Positions 1 to 8,258 of a DNA stretch of 64,000 nt are shown here, piece after piece (position 1 is the stretch's first letter; each line of letters starts with the position of its first letter). The position numbers and the translations under genes were made by a program. Below the pieces are notes generated by a model that saw only the letters and a program-made list of their open reading frames with translations, did no database searches and was not told the DNA's origin. This DNA comes from a virus, in the IMG/VR virus record IMGVR_UViG_3300044712_001906, positions 1 through 64,000 of that record. The stretch is one strand, 5' to 3'.

Positions 1-299
1 GCCGCGAGCGCCCATGGCACGCCCGAAAGGAAGACCCGCACGACGCCGTCCGGGGTGTCGGTCACGAGCACGACGCCAACGGGCGCGGCGACGATGACGC
101 GGAAGCGCTCGGGGCGGTCCTCCCGCACCCACCGAGCGGCGGCGATGAGCGCGCGAAGGGTGTGGGCCTCCCAGCGCCGCGGAACGCCGTCGCCCGACTC
201 GGCGAGCAGTCGCGCCACGTCAGAGCAGGTGATGCCCTGCTCGCGCAGCCACTTCCGTGCCCTCGTGCGGTACTTCCAGACGTCGCCGTTGCTCAGCAC
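1..299 (-). CDS. Hypothetical protein (partial, runs off left edge)
   Basis: GTG at 299 with GAGGTGG RBS, overlapping the upstream stop; open frame MLSNGDVWKYRTRARKWLREQG... Confidence 0.55.
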   Translation of the reverse strand, partial: MLSNGDVWKYRTRARKWLREQGITCSDVARLLAESGDGVPRRWEAHTLRALIAAARWVREDRPERFRVIVAAPVGVVLVTDTPDGVVRVFLSGVPWALA

Positions 300-523
300 A
301 CCACCACCTCCGGCGCCACAGGCTTCGCTGACTCCGCGAACCGACACAGGCCGTCTGCAAGGTCGTCGTCGCCGATGAAGGCCAGCATCGACCCGCGAGC
401 GGGCGTGCCGACGCTCATCCATCCGCGAATCACCAGCTCCCCGAGCCGCAGGCCCGGATGCGCCTCGCAGGCGTCGACGAGGGCTCCCAGGACGCGCATG
501 CGCTTGTCGACGTGGTCGCTCAT
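293..523 (-). CDS. Hypothetical phage protein
   Basis: MSDHVDKRMRVLGALVDACEAHPGLRLGELV..., starts right after the replication gene stop. Confidence 0.6.
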   Translation of the reverse strand: MSDHVDKRMRVLGALVDACEAHPGLRLGELVIRGWMSVGTPARGSMLAFIGDDDLADGLCRFAESAKPVAPEVVVC

Positions 524-525
524 GG

Positions 526-1713
526 TCACTCCGACACGCATCCAGGCACTACCGATGGCCGCTTGGATGGCGGTACGCGCGTCTCTCGACCACCGCGCAG
601 CGTCCAGACTGGGCGACCGAGCCCATCGAGCATGTCGGGGCAGCCCATCGCCTCCCAGTCCGCCACGGCCTGCGAGTGCTCGGCCTGTCCCGCGTCCGGG
701 TACGCCTCGGAGTGCTCGCCCCACGCAAACCAGCCGAGGGGCACGCGCCGCTCGTCCTCGGGACCCTGTGGCTTCGGAGGCGACGACGTTGGCAGGTGGT
801 CGACGCGGGCCTTTCCCTCGCCCTGGATGCGCAGCGCGATGGCCTCGAGGAAGCGGTACGGGCTTCCGTGTCGCGCGTCGAGCGCCTTGCCCTCGCCGAT
901 GTGCGTCTCCACCGCCTGGGCAAATGCGACAGCGCCGACCTTGCGTGCCAGGCTGTTGATGCTCGCACCGAAGCGCGTCACGATGCGGGCCGGATCCGAG
1001 CCTGAGCGCTCTGCGACCGCAATCACCCATGCCCCGATGGCGCGTCCTGCCGCCGGGTCTGGCGCCTTGGGGGTTCCCTCGGTCAGCCCCCACTGCGCAG
1101 CGAAGGCGTCGCTACCGTCGCTCGGTCGGTCCGTCGCCTTGGTCGGCTCCTGGGTCTCGGAAGGCGGAGCCTCGTGCGCGCGTGTGCGCGAGTCACGCTC
1201 CGAAGGAGCGTTTCTCTTCTCTTCTCTTCTCTTCTCTACTGTCCGGACAGGGGTGGACACGTCCGACGCGTCCGCGCTGTCCGTCGCGTCCGGATTTGTC
1301 GGGTTTTGTCCGGCGGACATTTCCGGACAGTCCTGGCGCGACTTGGCGGAACGACGACGTTCGGCCTTGTCGAGCCTGTCCGCTTCACGCTCGGCGATGA
1401 AGCTGCCTGCATGCTCGGCCCAATCGTGGACGGTGAGCAGGTCGCCGTCGTAGTCGAGCCAGCCGTGGCACACAAGGGCGTTCACGAACACGTCCGCGTC
1501 GCCGGACCATCCGGCTGCCTCGGCAACGTCCTCGTTCGCCCACCCAGGCAGCGTCCCATCCTCGGCGACGGTCAGCACGCGAGCCCACAGGCAGACGAGC
1601 GACCCGACTACGTCCCTCGGACTCGAGCCGAGCGCGCGAACGAGCCGCAGGAACTTCGGCAAGCCGAAGATCCGCAGTTCGATCGGCAGATACCGACCTC
1701 GGCGTTTGGTCAT
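526..1713 (-). CDS. Phage replication initiator / replisome organiser (lambda O-like architecture)
   Basis: N-terminal helical/wHTH region (PKFLRLVRALG...GSLVCLWA...HDWAEH), central low-complexity EKRREEK linker, position downstream of cro/cII. Confidence 0.75.
   Translation of the reverse strand: MTKRRGRYLPIELRIFGLPKFLRLVRALGSSPRDVVGSLVCLWARVLTVAEDGTLPGWANEDVAEAAGWSGDADVFVNALVCHGWLDYDGDLLTVHDWAEHAGSFIAEREADRLDKAERRRSAKSRQDCPEMSAGQNPTNPDATDSADASDVSTPVRTVEKRREEKRNAPSERDSRTRAHEAPPSETQEPTKATDRPSDGSDAFAAQWGLTEGTPKAPDPAAGRAIGAWVIAVAERSGSDPARIVTRFGASINSLARKVGAVAFAQAVETHIGEGKALDARHGSPYRFLEAIALRIQGEGKARVDHLPTSSPPKPQGPEDERRVPLGWFAWGEHSEAYPDAGQAEHSQAVADWEAMGCPDMLDGLGRPVWTLRGGRETRVPPSKRPSVVPGCVSE
1205..1335. 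repeat. Putative replication origin inside the initiator gene (GTCCG/CGGAC repeats plus CTTCT tract)
   Basis: Clustered gtccg/cggaca motifs at about 1240-1333 beside tttctcttctcttctcttctcttctct (1211-1237); lambdoid origins lie in this linker. Confidence 0.5.
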
Positions 1714-1961
1714 GGCTTGCGTGCCGCCTTCCAGAAGCCGCGCAGGTCATCCCAGCGCGTCTCCACTGGCTCTTTCGGCAGCGGTCCCTGCCACGACCAA
1801 CCGAGGCGGGTGAGCGTGACGAGTTCGCCGTCCGTGAACGACGACGGCTCCAGGCCGCAACCGGACAGCCAGCAGTCGCTGGGGTCGTCTTCGTACATCT
1901 CCTGGTCAGCGTCGACGCCGGCAAAGATGAGCGCCGCCTGAGCGATATCCGTGCACTTCAC
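1710..1961 (-). CDS. Hypothetical protein
   Basis: GTG with GGAGG RBS; GTGA/ATGA overlaps with both neighbours. Confidence 0.6.
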   Translation of the reverse strand: MKCTDIAQAALIFAGVDADQEMYEDDPSDCWLSGCGLEPSSFTDGELVTLTRLGWSWQGPLPKEPVETRWDDLRGFWKAARKP

Positions 1962-2197
1962 TTCTGTGCCCTCCACCGTTCGCGTCCCTGGACGCGCTTC
2001 CTCGTCTCGCGCCACTCCGCCATCAGCGCGCAGGCCATCTCGTCGAGCAGCTCGTCAGGCGACACGTGGCACCCGTCCTCGCGGCACTCGGCCGCGAGCT
2101 GCTCGAGGTCACGTACCGTCGCGCGCGGGAGGTACACGGCCTCGCGGTCGGTCGGCGCCTGCTTCGGGCGCTCGGGTGCCGGGGCGATGGTCGTCAC
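1958..2197 (-). CDS. Small hypothetical protein, possibly ribbon-helix-helix DNA-binding
   Basis: 79 aa; AVYLPRATVRDLEQLA...SPDELLDEM pattern; coupled overlaps. Confidence 0.55.
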   Translation of the reverse strand: MTTIAPAPERPKQAPTDREAVYLPRATVRDLEQLAAECREDGCHVSPDELLDEMACALMAEWRETRKRVQGRERWRAQK

Positions 2198-2502
2198 GGC
2201 CGCACGCCCTTGCTGGCGAGGCGCGCACGCACGCGCTCCATGCGAGCACGGCGGTCCGCCTCGGAGTCGGGGCGTTCCGCTGCGACCCGAAGCGCCTCAC
2301 GCCTCCGTGCGAGCTCTGGGTCTGCCGGCTCGTCGGTGCCGTCCTCGTCGTCAGGACCGGACAGCACCTGCCCGACCGCGCCGATGGTGCCGAGCGTCTC
2401 GACTCCGCGCCCGTCGACGACCTGCAGCGTCATCGTCACGCCGGCAGCCTGGAGCTTTCGGCGCAGCTCACGCGCCACATCGGCGTCCGTCACGCGTCCC
2501 AT
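2194..2502 (-). CDS. Hypothetical protein
   Basis: ATG 2502 with GGAGGT RBS; MGRVTDADVARELRRKLQ... Confidence 0.6.
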   Translation of the reverse strand: MGRVTDADVARELRRKLQAAGVTMTLQVVDGRGVETLGTIGAVGQVLSGPDDEDGTDEPADPELARRREALRVAAERPDSEADRRARMERVRARLASKGVRP

Positions 2503-2741
2503 GGGCCACCTCCCAAGGAGCCCGAGGCGTGCGGTACGCCCCGGGCTCCGCATCCGGAATGGCTCCGGTCGCCAGCATGGCCCGTGACCCCAGCACGGCG
2601 CACGACGACCTGAGCCGCCGAAGTGGACTCGGACGCGACGAGGCCGCCGTCCGTGCGGAGTGCCTGCGCCGCCCACGAGAGCGCAGCCCGAGCGGCGACC
2701 GCGAGCGCCGCCAAGAGGAGGAGAAGGAAGAGCAGGATCAT
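2490..2741 (-). CDS. Small membrane protein
   Basis: MILLFLLLLLAALAVAARAALSW hydrophobic N-terminus; ATGA overlap with VRR-NUC gene. Confidence 0.5.
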   Translation of the reverse strand: MILLFLLLLLAALAVAARAALSWAAQALRTDGGLVASESTSAAQVVVRRAGVTGHAGDRSHSGCGARGVPHASGSLGGGPWDA

Positions 2742-3175
2742 CTCCCGAACCCCAACGCCATGAGGCGTTCGCGCGCCTCGGTCCACCCGTCGGCCACGAA
2801 CGCGATCCACCCGTCCGCCTCGAGCTCCGCGATCCAGGCCTTCTGCTCGGCCGACGTCCGTCCGCCCTTCTCGCGCTTGAGCTCGACGGCGACGCCGCGG
2901 GCCTCCGGAGCGCGCGGGGCACGGCGCGTGATGATGATGTCCGGCACGCCAGGCTTGACCCCGAGCGCCTTCATGATCGCGGCCGTGGCCTTTCTGCGCC
3001 AGCCGCCGTTGGGGACGTGGAACCAGCCATAGTGCCCGAGCGCCGTGAAGAGCCAGCGGCACAGCCAGCGCTGCTGGTCGTCCTCGCTCGGCTCCGCGTT
3101 CGGCTTGGCGTGCAAACGCGGTGCGTTGCGCGACCTGCCGTTGCCACGGCTCCCGAGTGACGCAAGCCAGGTCAT
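2738..3175 (-). CDS. VRR-NUC domain nuclease (PD-(D/E)xK)
   Basis: FHVPNGG...GVKPGVPD...VELK...SAEQKAW motifs. Confidence 0.9.
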   Translation of the reverse strand: MTWLASLGSRGNGRSRNAPRLHAKPNAEPSEDDQQRWLCRWLFTALGHYGWFHVPNGGWRRKATAAIMKALGVKPGVPDIIITRRAPRAPEARGVAVELKREKGGRTSAEQKAWIAELEADGWIAFVADGWTEARERLMALGFGR

Positions 3176-3711
3176 CGCCGCGACTCCGCAAGGTGCACCG
3201 GTCGGCGGTCGTTGACGACGCGACGAAGAGTGACGCGGATGGACTCGACCTTCACGGCCACCGAGGCAAGCTCATCGAGGAGCGACTGGGCTTCGCAAGC
3301 GTCGATGGATCCGTCGGCCGCCGCGCGGGCCAATGCGCCGTCGAAGGCGCCGATCGTCGCGTGCAGCTCGAGGGCGCCGACGATGATCGTGCCGTCCTCG
3401 GCGGGGTGCTGCGGGGAGACGTCGTAGCCGCAGAAGCCGACGAGTTCGCGCAGGAAGCGCTCGCCGCCCTCCGGGCCGAGCGCGCGTACGATGTCGGGGA
3501 GGCAGCTCGCCGGGAGGTGCGGAGGGTAGTCGCCTGGCCTCGGGTGGAGCATCCGCGACACCCAGGTCTCCGAACGGCGGATCGCTGCGGCCAGGACGTA
3601 CTGGTGAGACTCGCCCCGCAGCTCGTGCCCGAGAAGGGTCTCAGCGAGACGCGGAAAGGGCGCGCTGTCGTTCTTGCTACATCCATGGCGGGCGTTGGTC
3701 GCACCGTTCAC
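3172..3711 (-). CDS. CII-like phage regulatory protein
   Basis: N-terminal HTH plus C-terminal AAADGSIDACEA motif; directly downstream of cro. Confidence 0.65.
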   Translation of the reverse strand: MNGATNARHGCSKNDSAPFPRLAETLLGHELRGESHQYVLAAAIRRSETWVSRMLHPRPGDYPPHLPASCLPDIVRALGPEGGERFLRELVGFCGYDVSPQHPAEDGTIIVGALELHATIGAFDGALARAAADGSIDACEAQSLLDELASVAVKVESIRVTLRRVVNDRRPVHLAESRR

Positions 3712-3953
3712 GGAGCGGGCTCCGGTGCCGGGGCCGCGGGGGTGCGCCGATGGTCAGCGTCCTCGAACTCGCGGATCGTCCCCGCCGCGTCGAAGTCCGG
3801 GATCGCTCGCGCACAGCGGGCAAGCAGGCCGGCAGACGGAAGACGGCGGCCGTCGCGCAGCAAGATGCCGGTGACGCGGTGGATCCCGAGGAGACGGGCC
3901 TTCTCGGGCATCTTGGGTTCGGGGGCGCTGAGCCACGCTCGGAGGGTCGTCAT
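3708..3953 (-). CDS. cro: Cro-like HTH repressor
   Basis: 81 aa HTH (EKARLLGIHRVTGILLRDGRRLPS) divergent from CI. Confidence 0.7.
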   Translation of the reverse strand: MTTLRAWLSAPEPKMPEKARLLGIHRVTGILLRDGRRLPSAGLLARCARAIPDFDAAGTIREFEDADHRRTPAAPAPEPAP

Positions 3954-3960
3954 GGGGATC

Positions 3961-4014
3961 TAGGTAGCATGGAGCTGCCTGCGGAGTCAAGGCCTGCCTG
4001 TAGCTGCCAGGTAC
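3961..4014. promoter_or_regulatory. cro promoter (- strand TTGACT-N18-TACCTA) with two operators GTAGC-N5-GCTGC (3964-3978) and GTAGC-N5-GGTAC (4000-4014)
   Basis: Palindromic motif shared with sites at 7156 and 7184; lies in the cI/cro intergenic region. Confidence 0.7.
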
Positions 4015-4055
4015 AGGCCTTGCGCCATGCGCCCGACCGACCCTATTGGGTGATC

Positions 4056-4742
4056 ATGTCGATGGGTCAACGACTCAGGGCCGCGCGGGACAGGCTGGGT
4101 CTGACGGCGGCGCAGGTGGCGTCAGCAATGGGTGTGAGCCGTCCGTTCTTGACGCAGATCGAGAACGACGAGGACCGCGTGCTGGGCACCGAAAACCTCG
4201 CGAAGGCCGCCGACGTCCTCGGCGTCTCGACCGACTACCTCCTCGGCCGCGCCACCGAGGAGACCTCCTCGAGCTCGGCGAGCACGAGCATCCCGCTCAC
4301 CGGCGAGGTGACCGCTCGCGGGACCGTGAAGAGTGAAGCGCTGGTGCACAACCGAGGCGGGCTACCGCGCGCGGCAGCGGACGCCTTCACCTACCCGGAG
4401 CGCATCCAAGTCGCAGGCGCTGGCCCGCGTTGGTACGCCGTGACGAGCGCCATTGACGCGCGGAGCACGCCGCTCGGAGACCTTCGCGTCGGCGACATCC
4501 TCGTGCTCGACCCGACGAGGCCGCCCAAGGTCGGTGACCTCGTCGTCGGCAGCTGGTCCATCGAGGAAACCGAGCAGGTCGACCGCCGGTTGACCCGTCT
4601 CCGCCGCATCCGCGAGGTCGAGGGCGTCCTCGAACTCGTGCCCGTCGCCGAGGACGACCCCTCGGGGATCCTGCGCATCGGCAGCCCGGGCGTCGAGGTC
4701 CTCGCCGTGGTCGTGGAGCTCCGGCGCAAGGCGCAGACGTGA
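4056..4742 (+). CDS. cI: CI-like repressor: XRE HTH plus degenerate S24-like C-terminal domain
   Basis: MGQRLRAARDRLGLTAAQVASAMGVSRPFLTQIEND HTH; IPLTGEVTARG and GDILVLDP...GDLVV S24-like segments. Confidence 0.85.
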   Translation: MSMGQRLRAARDRLGLTAAQVASAMGVSRPFLTQIENDEDRVLGTENLAKAADVLGVSTDYLLGRATEETSSSSASTSIPLTGEVTARGTVKSEALVHNRGGLPRAAADAFTYPERIQVAGAGPRWYAVTSAIDARSTPLGDLRVGDILVLDPTRPPKVGDLVVGSWSIEETEQVDRRLTRLRRIREVEGVLELVPVAEDDPSGILRIGSPGVEVLAVVVELRRKAQT

Positions 4743-5311
4743 ACGACTTCGCGCGCATCGTGGTCGGGTACCATGGGTGCCGCCAATCGTTCGCGTCTGA
4801 GGTGTTGTCCGGCTCGCTCCCTCGCTCGCGATGGCCTGCGAGCGACAAGAAGTGGGACTGGCTCGGGCGAGGTATCTACTTCTGGGAGCATGACCCTGAG
4901 CGAGCGTTGCAGTGGGCGACGGAGCGGTACGGAGGCCAGGCCGATGGTCCAGATGTTGTCGGGGCCATCATCCAGCTGGGGTCGTGTCTTGACCTGTCGC
5001 GGGTCGGGCACACCAGGCTTCTTGACGTGGCGCATCGGTTCGTATCGGCCACATACGCGGGGCAAGGCCAACCGCTGCCGGTGAACAAGCCAGGCAGCAA
5101 GGGAGACAGCGAGCTCCAACGACGCGAACTCGACTGCCTTATCGTCAACGAGTGCGTCCGCGTGCTACTGCCGAAGATACAGACGATCAGGTGTCCGTTC
5201 ACTGAGGGACCCGAGGCCTATCCCGGAGCCATGTTTCGCACCAAGACGCACGTCCAGCTTGCGGTCCGAGATCCGGCTTGTATCTTGGGAGTTTTCAGGT
5301 CAACGCTATAG
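4739..5311 (+). CDS. Putative ADP-ribosyltransferase-fold protein (YHG / WLGxGIYFW family)
   Basis: GYHGC...DWLGRGIYFWE...KTHVQLAVR; GTGA overlap with cI. Confidence 0.6.
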   Translation: MNDFARIVVGYHGCRQSFASEVLSGSLPRSRWPASDKKWDWLGRGIYFWEHDPERALQWATERYGGQADGPDVVGAIIQLGSCLDLSRVGHTRLLDVAHRFVSATYAGQGQPLPVNKPGSKGDSELQRRELDCLIVNECVRVLLPKIQTIRCPFTEGPEAYPGAMFRTKTHVQLAVRDPACILGVFRSTL

Positions 5312-5332
5312 TTGAAGTCGTCGGAGGCGAGC

Positions 5333-5512
5333 ATGAACAGCAAGACCGTCGAGGAGATGGCCGCGGAAAACCTCGAGAAGCTCAAGGACCTGGACCCGAA
5401 GCAGCACTGGGCCGACATGGTGAGCTCTGGCCTGATCGATGAAGACGGCCGCGTGGTCTGCCGAGAGCCGGCAGAAGTCCGGACGGGCCGCGACGGTGCG
5501 CGCTTCGACTGA
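5333..5512 (+). CDS. Small protein, possible partner/antitoxin of the ART-like gene
   Basis: 59 aa, GGAGG RBS; ...MVSSGLIDEDG. Confidence 0.55.
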   Translation: MNSKTVEEMAAENLEKLKDLDPKQHWADMVSSGLIDEDGRVVCREPAEVRTGRDGARFD

Positions 5513-5529
5513 CCACCATGGCGTCAGGG

Positions 5530-5569
5530 TACTGAACGCTTGATCAGTATATCGCTCCCGATCTATCCT
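5530..5569 (+). promoter_or_regulatory. LexA/SOS-box-like palindrome TACTGA-N8-TCAGTA overlapping a promoter TTGATC-N18-TATCCT
   Basis: Perfect 6-bp arms 5530-5549; CTG-N10-CAG core; -35 at 5540-5545 and -10 at 5564-5569, upstream of the metalloprotease. Confidence 0.65.
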
Positions 5570-5597
5570 CCTGGCCTGGTCGGCTTCGGAGGGGTTC

Positions 5598-6179
5598 GTG
5601 GGGCAGGGGACGCTGCGGGACCGCTTCTGCGCGCTGCAGGCAAGGGGCGGCGTCGACCTCGAGGCTGACGCGTCCCGGGTGCGCGCCGAGATCTGCGACC
5701 CCACCGAGGCGTTGCCCGCCGCTGCCCTGGCGACGGCCCGCAGGATCGGCCCCGTCGTGTGGCGCCTCCAGGTCGCCGAAGAGCTACCCGAGTCGGTGTG
5801 GGCGGTGACCTACGCGGCCGGCCTGGGCGGGCTTGTGACTTCGGTCTGCGAGACGGCCTGGAGGGAGCTCATCGCCGACGTGCCTCGGAGCAGGTTCAGC
5901 CTCGCCCACGAGCTCGCCCACGTGCACCTGCATCACGAGGAGATCCTCGAGGTCGGCTACCTGCCGCACACCGCGCCCGGGGACGAGACCGCGGGGCTGC
6001 CCGAGGCCTGGGACACCGAGCGCCAGGCGAACCGATGGGCGGGCGCTCTCCTGGTCCCTGCTGTCGGTCTCGAGCGCCTGGCGGGGATCGGGCTCCTGAC
6101 CGTCGCCGAGGTCGCCAGGCGCTACCAGGTTGCCGAGAGGGTGGCGGAGCGGAGGATCGGGGAGGTCTGCTACGGGTAG
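5598..6179 (+). CDS. ImmA/IrrE-family zinc metallopeptidase
   Basis: RFSLAHELAH (HExxH) and ERQANRWAGALLVP motifs, C-terminal HTH-like segment. Confidence 0.9.
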   Translation: MGQGTLRDRFCALQARGGVDLEADASRVRAEICDPTEALPAAALATARRIGPVVWRLQVAEELPESVWAVTYAAGLGGLVTSVCETAWRELIADVPRSRFSLAHELAHVHLHHEEILEVGYLPHTAPGDETAGLPEAWDTERQANRWAGALLVPAVGLERLAGIGLLTVAEVARRYQVAERVAERRIGEVCYG

Positions 6180-6727
6180 CAGCAGCGCTTGGCCTTCTTC
6201 CCGCTGCCGCACGGGCACAGCGCGTTGCGGGCTGGATGTCCCGGCGAGGGCGACTTCGCCGGGATCGCTTGCACCTGCTGGACGAAGTCGATCGGTCCCG
6301 CCGACGGCATCTGAAACGAGAAGACGGTCTTGCCGTTGTCGCTCGACACCGCCAGGTCGCCCAGGCCGATGATGTCCATGCCGACCAGGACGTCGCATCC
6401 GACGATGCTTCCGGTCGTGACGAGAAGCGACGGGAACCCAACACCGTGCGGGAAAGCCATGCTCACCACGTGGGTGCTGCACGTCCTTGGACCGTTCGCA
6501 GTCTGACTTACGGCCTGGCCAACTGGTGGGCATCCGAGCTGTGCGGCGAGGCGGTCGCTGATGACCGTGTTGGTCGCTCCCGTGTCCCAAACGCCGTCGA
6601 CCTCGATGGCCGCCGGCGGCGGCTGCGTTGCCGGGTCGAACGGCAGGCCAACCTTGACCTTGGTGACAAGGACGTTGCGGCGGCCGCTGTGTCGAACGGT
6701 GAAGCTACGCGATGCCGGCGGGCTCAA
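6170..6727 (-). CDS. Retropepsin-like aspartic protease with C-terminal SEC-C motif
   Basis: WDTGATNTVIS, DVLVGMDII, RNALCPCGSGKKAKRCC. Confidence 0.88.
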   Translation of the reverse strand: MSPPASRSFTVRHSGRRNVLVTKVKVGLPFDPATQPPPAAIEVDGVWDTGATNTVISDRLAAQLGCPPVGQAVSQTANGPRTCSTHVVSMAFPHGVGFPSLLVTTGSIVGCDVLVGMDIIGLGDLAVSSDNGKTVFSFQMPSAGPIDFVQQVQAIPAKSPSPGHPARNALCPCGSGKKAKRCCYP

Positions 6728-6972
6728 CGCGCGAAGCTCACGCGCGAGTGGAACGTGGCGGTGTACTTGGCCTCGCCCTCATCGCACTCCTGCAAGAAGA
6801 ACGTGCCGGCACCGCAAACCTCCACCCCGAACGTGTAGGCCGCGATCAAGGTGTCGAACGCTCCGGCCACGGAGGCGTCCTTGATCACCAAGAACTTGCC
6901 CCGGTGCTGCGCGACCAGCTCGGCCTGGTGCTCTCGATACCAGGCGAACTCGTCCTGAAGGGTGCGTGCCAT
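6724..6972 (-). CDS. DUF5678-like small protein
   Basis: EFAWYREHQAELVAQHRGKFLVIKD...GAFDT; stop overlaps the protease start. Confidence 0.7.
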   Translation of the reverse strand: MARTLQDEFAWYREHQAELVAQHRGKFLVIKDASVAGAFDTLIAAYTFGVEVCGAGTFFLQECDEGEAKYTATFHSRVSFAR

Positions 6973-7155
6973 CGCTACTCCTGACCGCGAGCGGCAGCGG
7001 TCCATTTGAAGATGGCGCCCTAAGCATCGCCCTGTCAAGGCACCATCCGGCTACTCCCGCCCGCCAGCCACGCCAATCGGTGAGTCCACGCTGACCTCCG
7101 TGGCCGCCGAGCCTAACACCCGCCGCCAGCCCGGAGCGAGGCGATCTGCGGCGGG

Positions 7156-7207
7156 GTAGCTGGCCGCTACTTTTCTTGTTGACATAGCCACGGGCTACAT
7201 GCACACT
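7156..7207 (+). promoter_or_regulatory. Early (PL-like) promoter TTGACA-N17-CACACT with operators GTAGC-N5-GCTAC (7156-7170) and ATAGC-N5-GCTAC (7184-7198)
   Basis: Consensus -35 at 7179-7184; second operator sits between -35 and -10. Confidence 0.75.
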
Positions 7208-7250
7208 CCCCCTCAGGTCGCCCATCCCGGGCGCCACGGGAGACGCAGCC

Positions 7251-7475
7251 ATGCCCAGCACCCCGACCACCGCGCAGCTCGTCGCGGGCCTCCACGGCTC
7301 CGACCTGGCGCGCAGCATCCGAGCTCCGCGCCGCGCTGACCTGCGCTCGGCCCTCGCCGAAGCCGCCTCCATCTTCCAGGACCACCTCGACCATCCGGGC
7401 CAGTACCCGCTGCTCCATGCGAGCACGCGCGTCGCCGCTGGATGCTTCGGGCCGGCGTTCGGGGGTGCGCGGTGA
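7251..7475 (+). CDS. Hypothetical early protein
   Basis: GGGAG RBS; first ORF after the promoter. Confidence 0.6.
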   Translation: MPSTPTTAQLVAGLHGSDLARSIRAPRRADLRSALAEAASIFQDHLDHPGQYPLLHASTRVAAGCFGPAFGGAR

Positions 7476-7897
7476 ACGCTGCTCTCGAGGTTCAGGCCAA
7501 CCGCTACCGACGCTACTGGTCCGCTGACGACGTGGAGGAGCTTGTGTCTGCCATCGGCCATGCCCTGGCGCATCACCAGCTCGCACAGCAGTCCGACCTC
7601 GGAAACCCGGGCGCCGGAGGCGTCGCGCTCGCCAGGTGGTCGGTCCTCGGCGGACACATCGGACGCACGCCGAAGGGCGCCTACGACAAGGCGTGCCAGG
7701 GCAGGCGCTTCGCACCAAACTGGGACGAGCGCGTTGAGGCCGCGCGCCTCGCCGAGCTCGAGCGCATCGCTCTTCGGGCCGCGATTCCGGCGGTGCCTCT
7801 TCCGACAGTGACGCCGAACGTCGCCAGCGCGCTCGCTGACCTTCGTCAGGCCAAGGTGCTCGTCGCCAGGGCGCTCGCCGCGCTGGGTGCCGAGTGA
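7472..7897 (+). CDS. Hypothetical protein, possible Myb/HTH-like N-terminus
   Basis: RYWSADDVEEL...IGRTPKGAYDKA; GTGA overlaps. Confidence 0.6.
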   Translation: MNAALEVQANRYRRYWSADDVEELVSAIGHALAHHQLAQQSDLGNPGAGGVALARWSVLGGHIGRTPKGAYDKACQGRRFAPNWDERVEAARLAELERIALRAAIPAVPLPTVTPNVASALADLRQAKVLVARALAALGAE

Positions 7898-8091
7898 ACG
7901 CCCCTCGGTACGCCAATCCCATCACCAGCGCCGAGCAGCGGATGCTGGACGTTTTCCACGCCGCCGACTGCGCGCGCTTCCACGTGCACGAGCTCTCCAA
8001 CCTGCAGCGCATCTTCGTCGACGGCTTCCGGAACGACGTCAGGCTCGCCACGGAGCTGCCCATCATGCAGCTCACAGCGGACACCAAGTAG
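7894..8091 (+). CDS. Hypothetical protein
   Basis: 65 aa, GTGA overlap. Confidence 0.55.
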   Translation: MNAPRYANPITSAEQRMLDVFHAADCARFHVHELSNLQRIFVDGFRNDVRLATELPIMQLTADTK

Positions 8092-8258
8092 CAGGCCCCG
8101 GCTTCCTCTCCATGGGCCGCGTCGTCGGCCCCAAGCCCTCTCCCGGGGCCTCGCAAGGTGGACAGGGAGGAGAGGGCAACGACCGGCGCCGCGGCGTCGC
8201 CGAAAGTGCCACCCTGTAGAGAGGGGGCACGCCGATCCTTCACCACGCAGGAGACACC

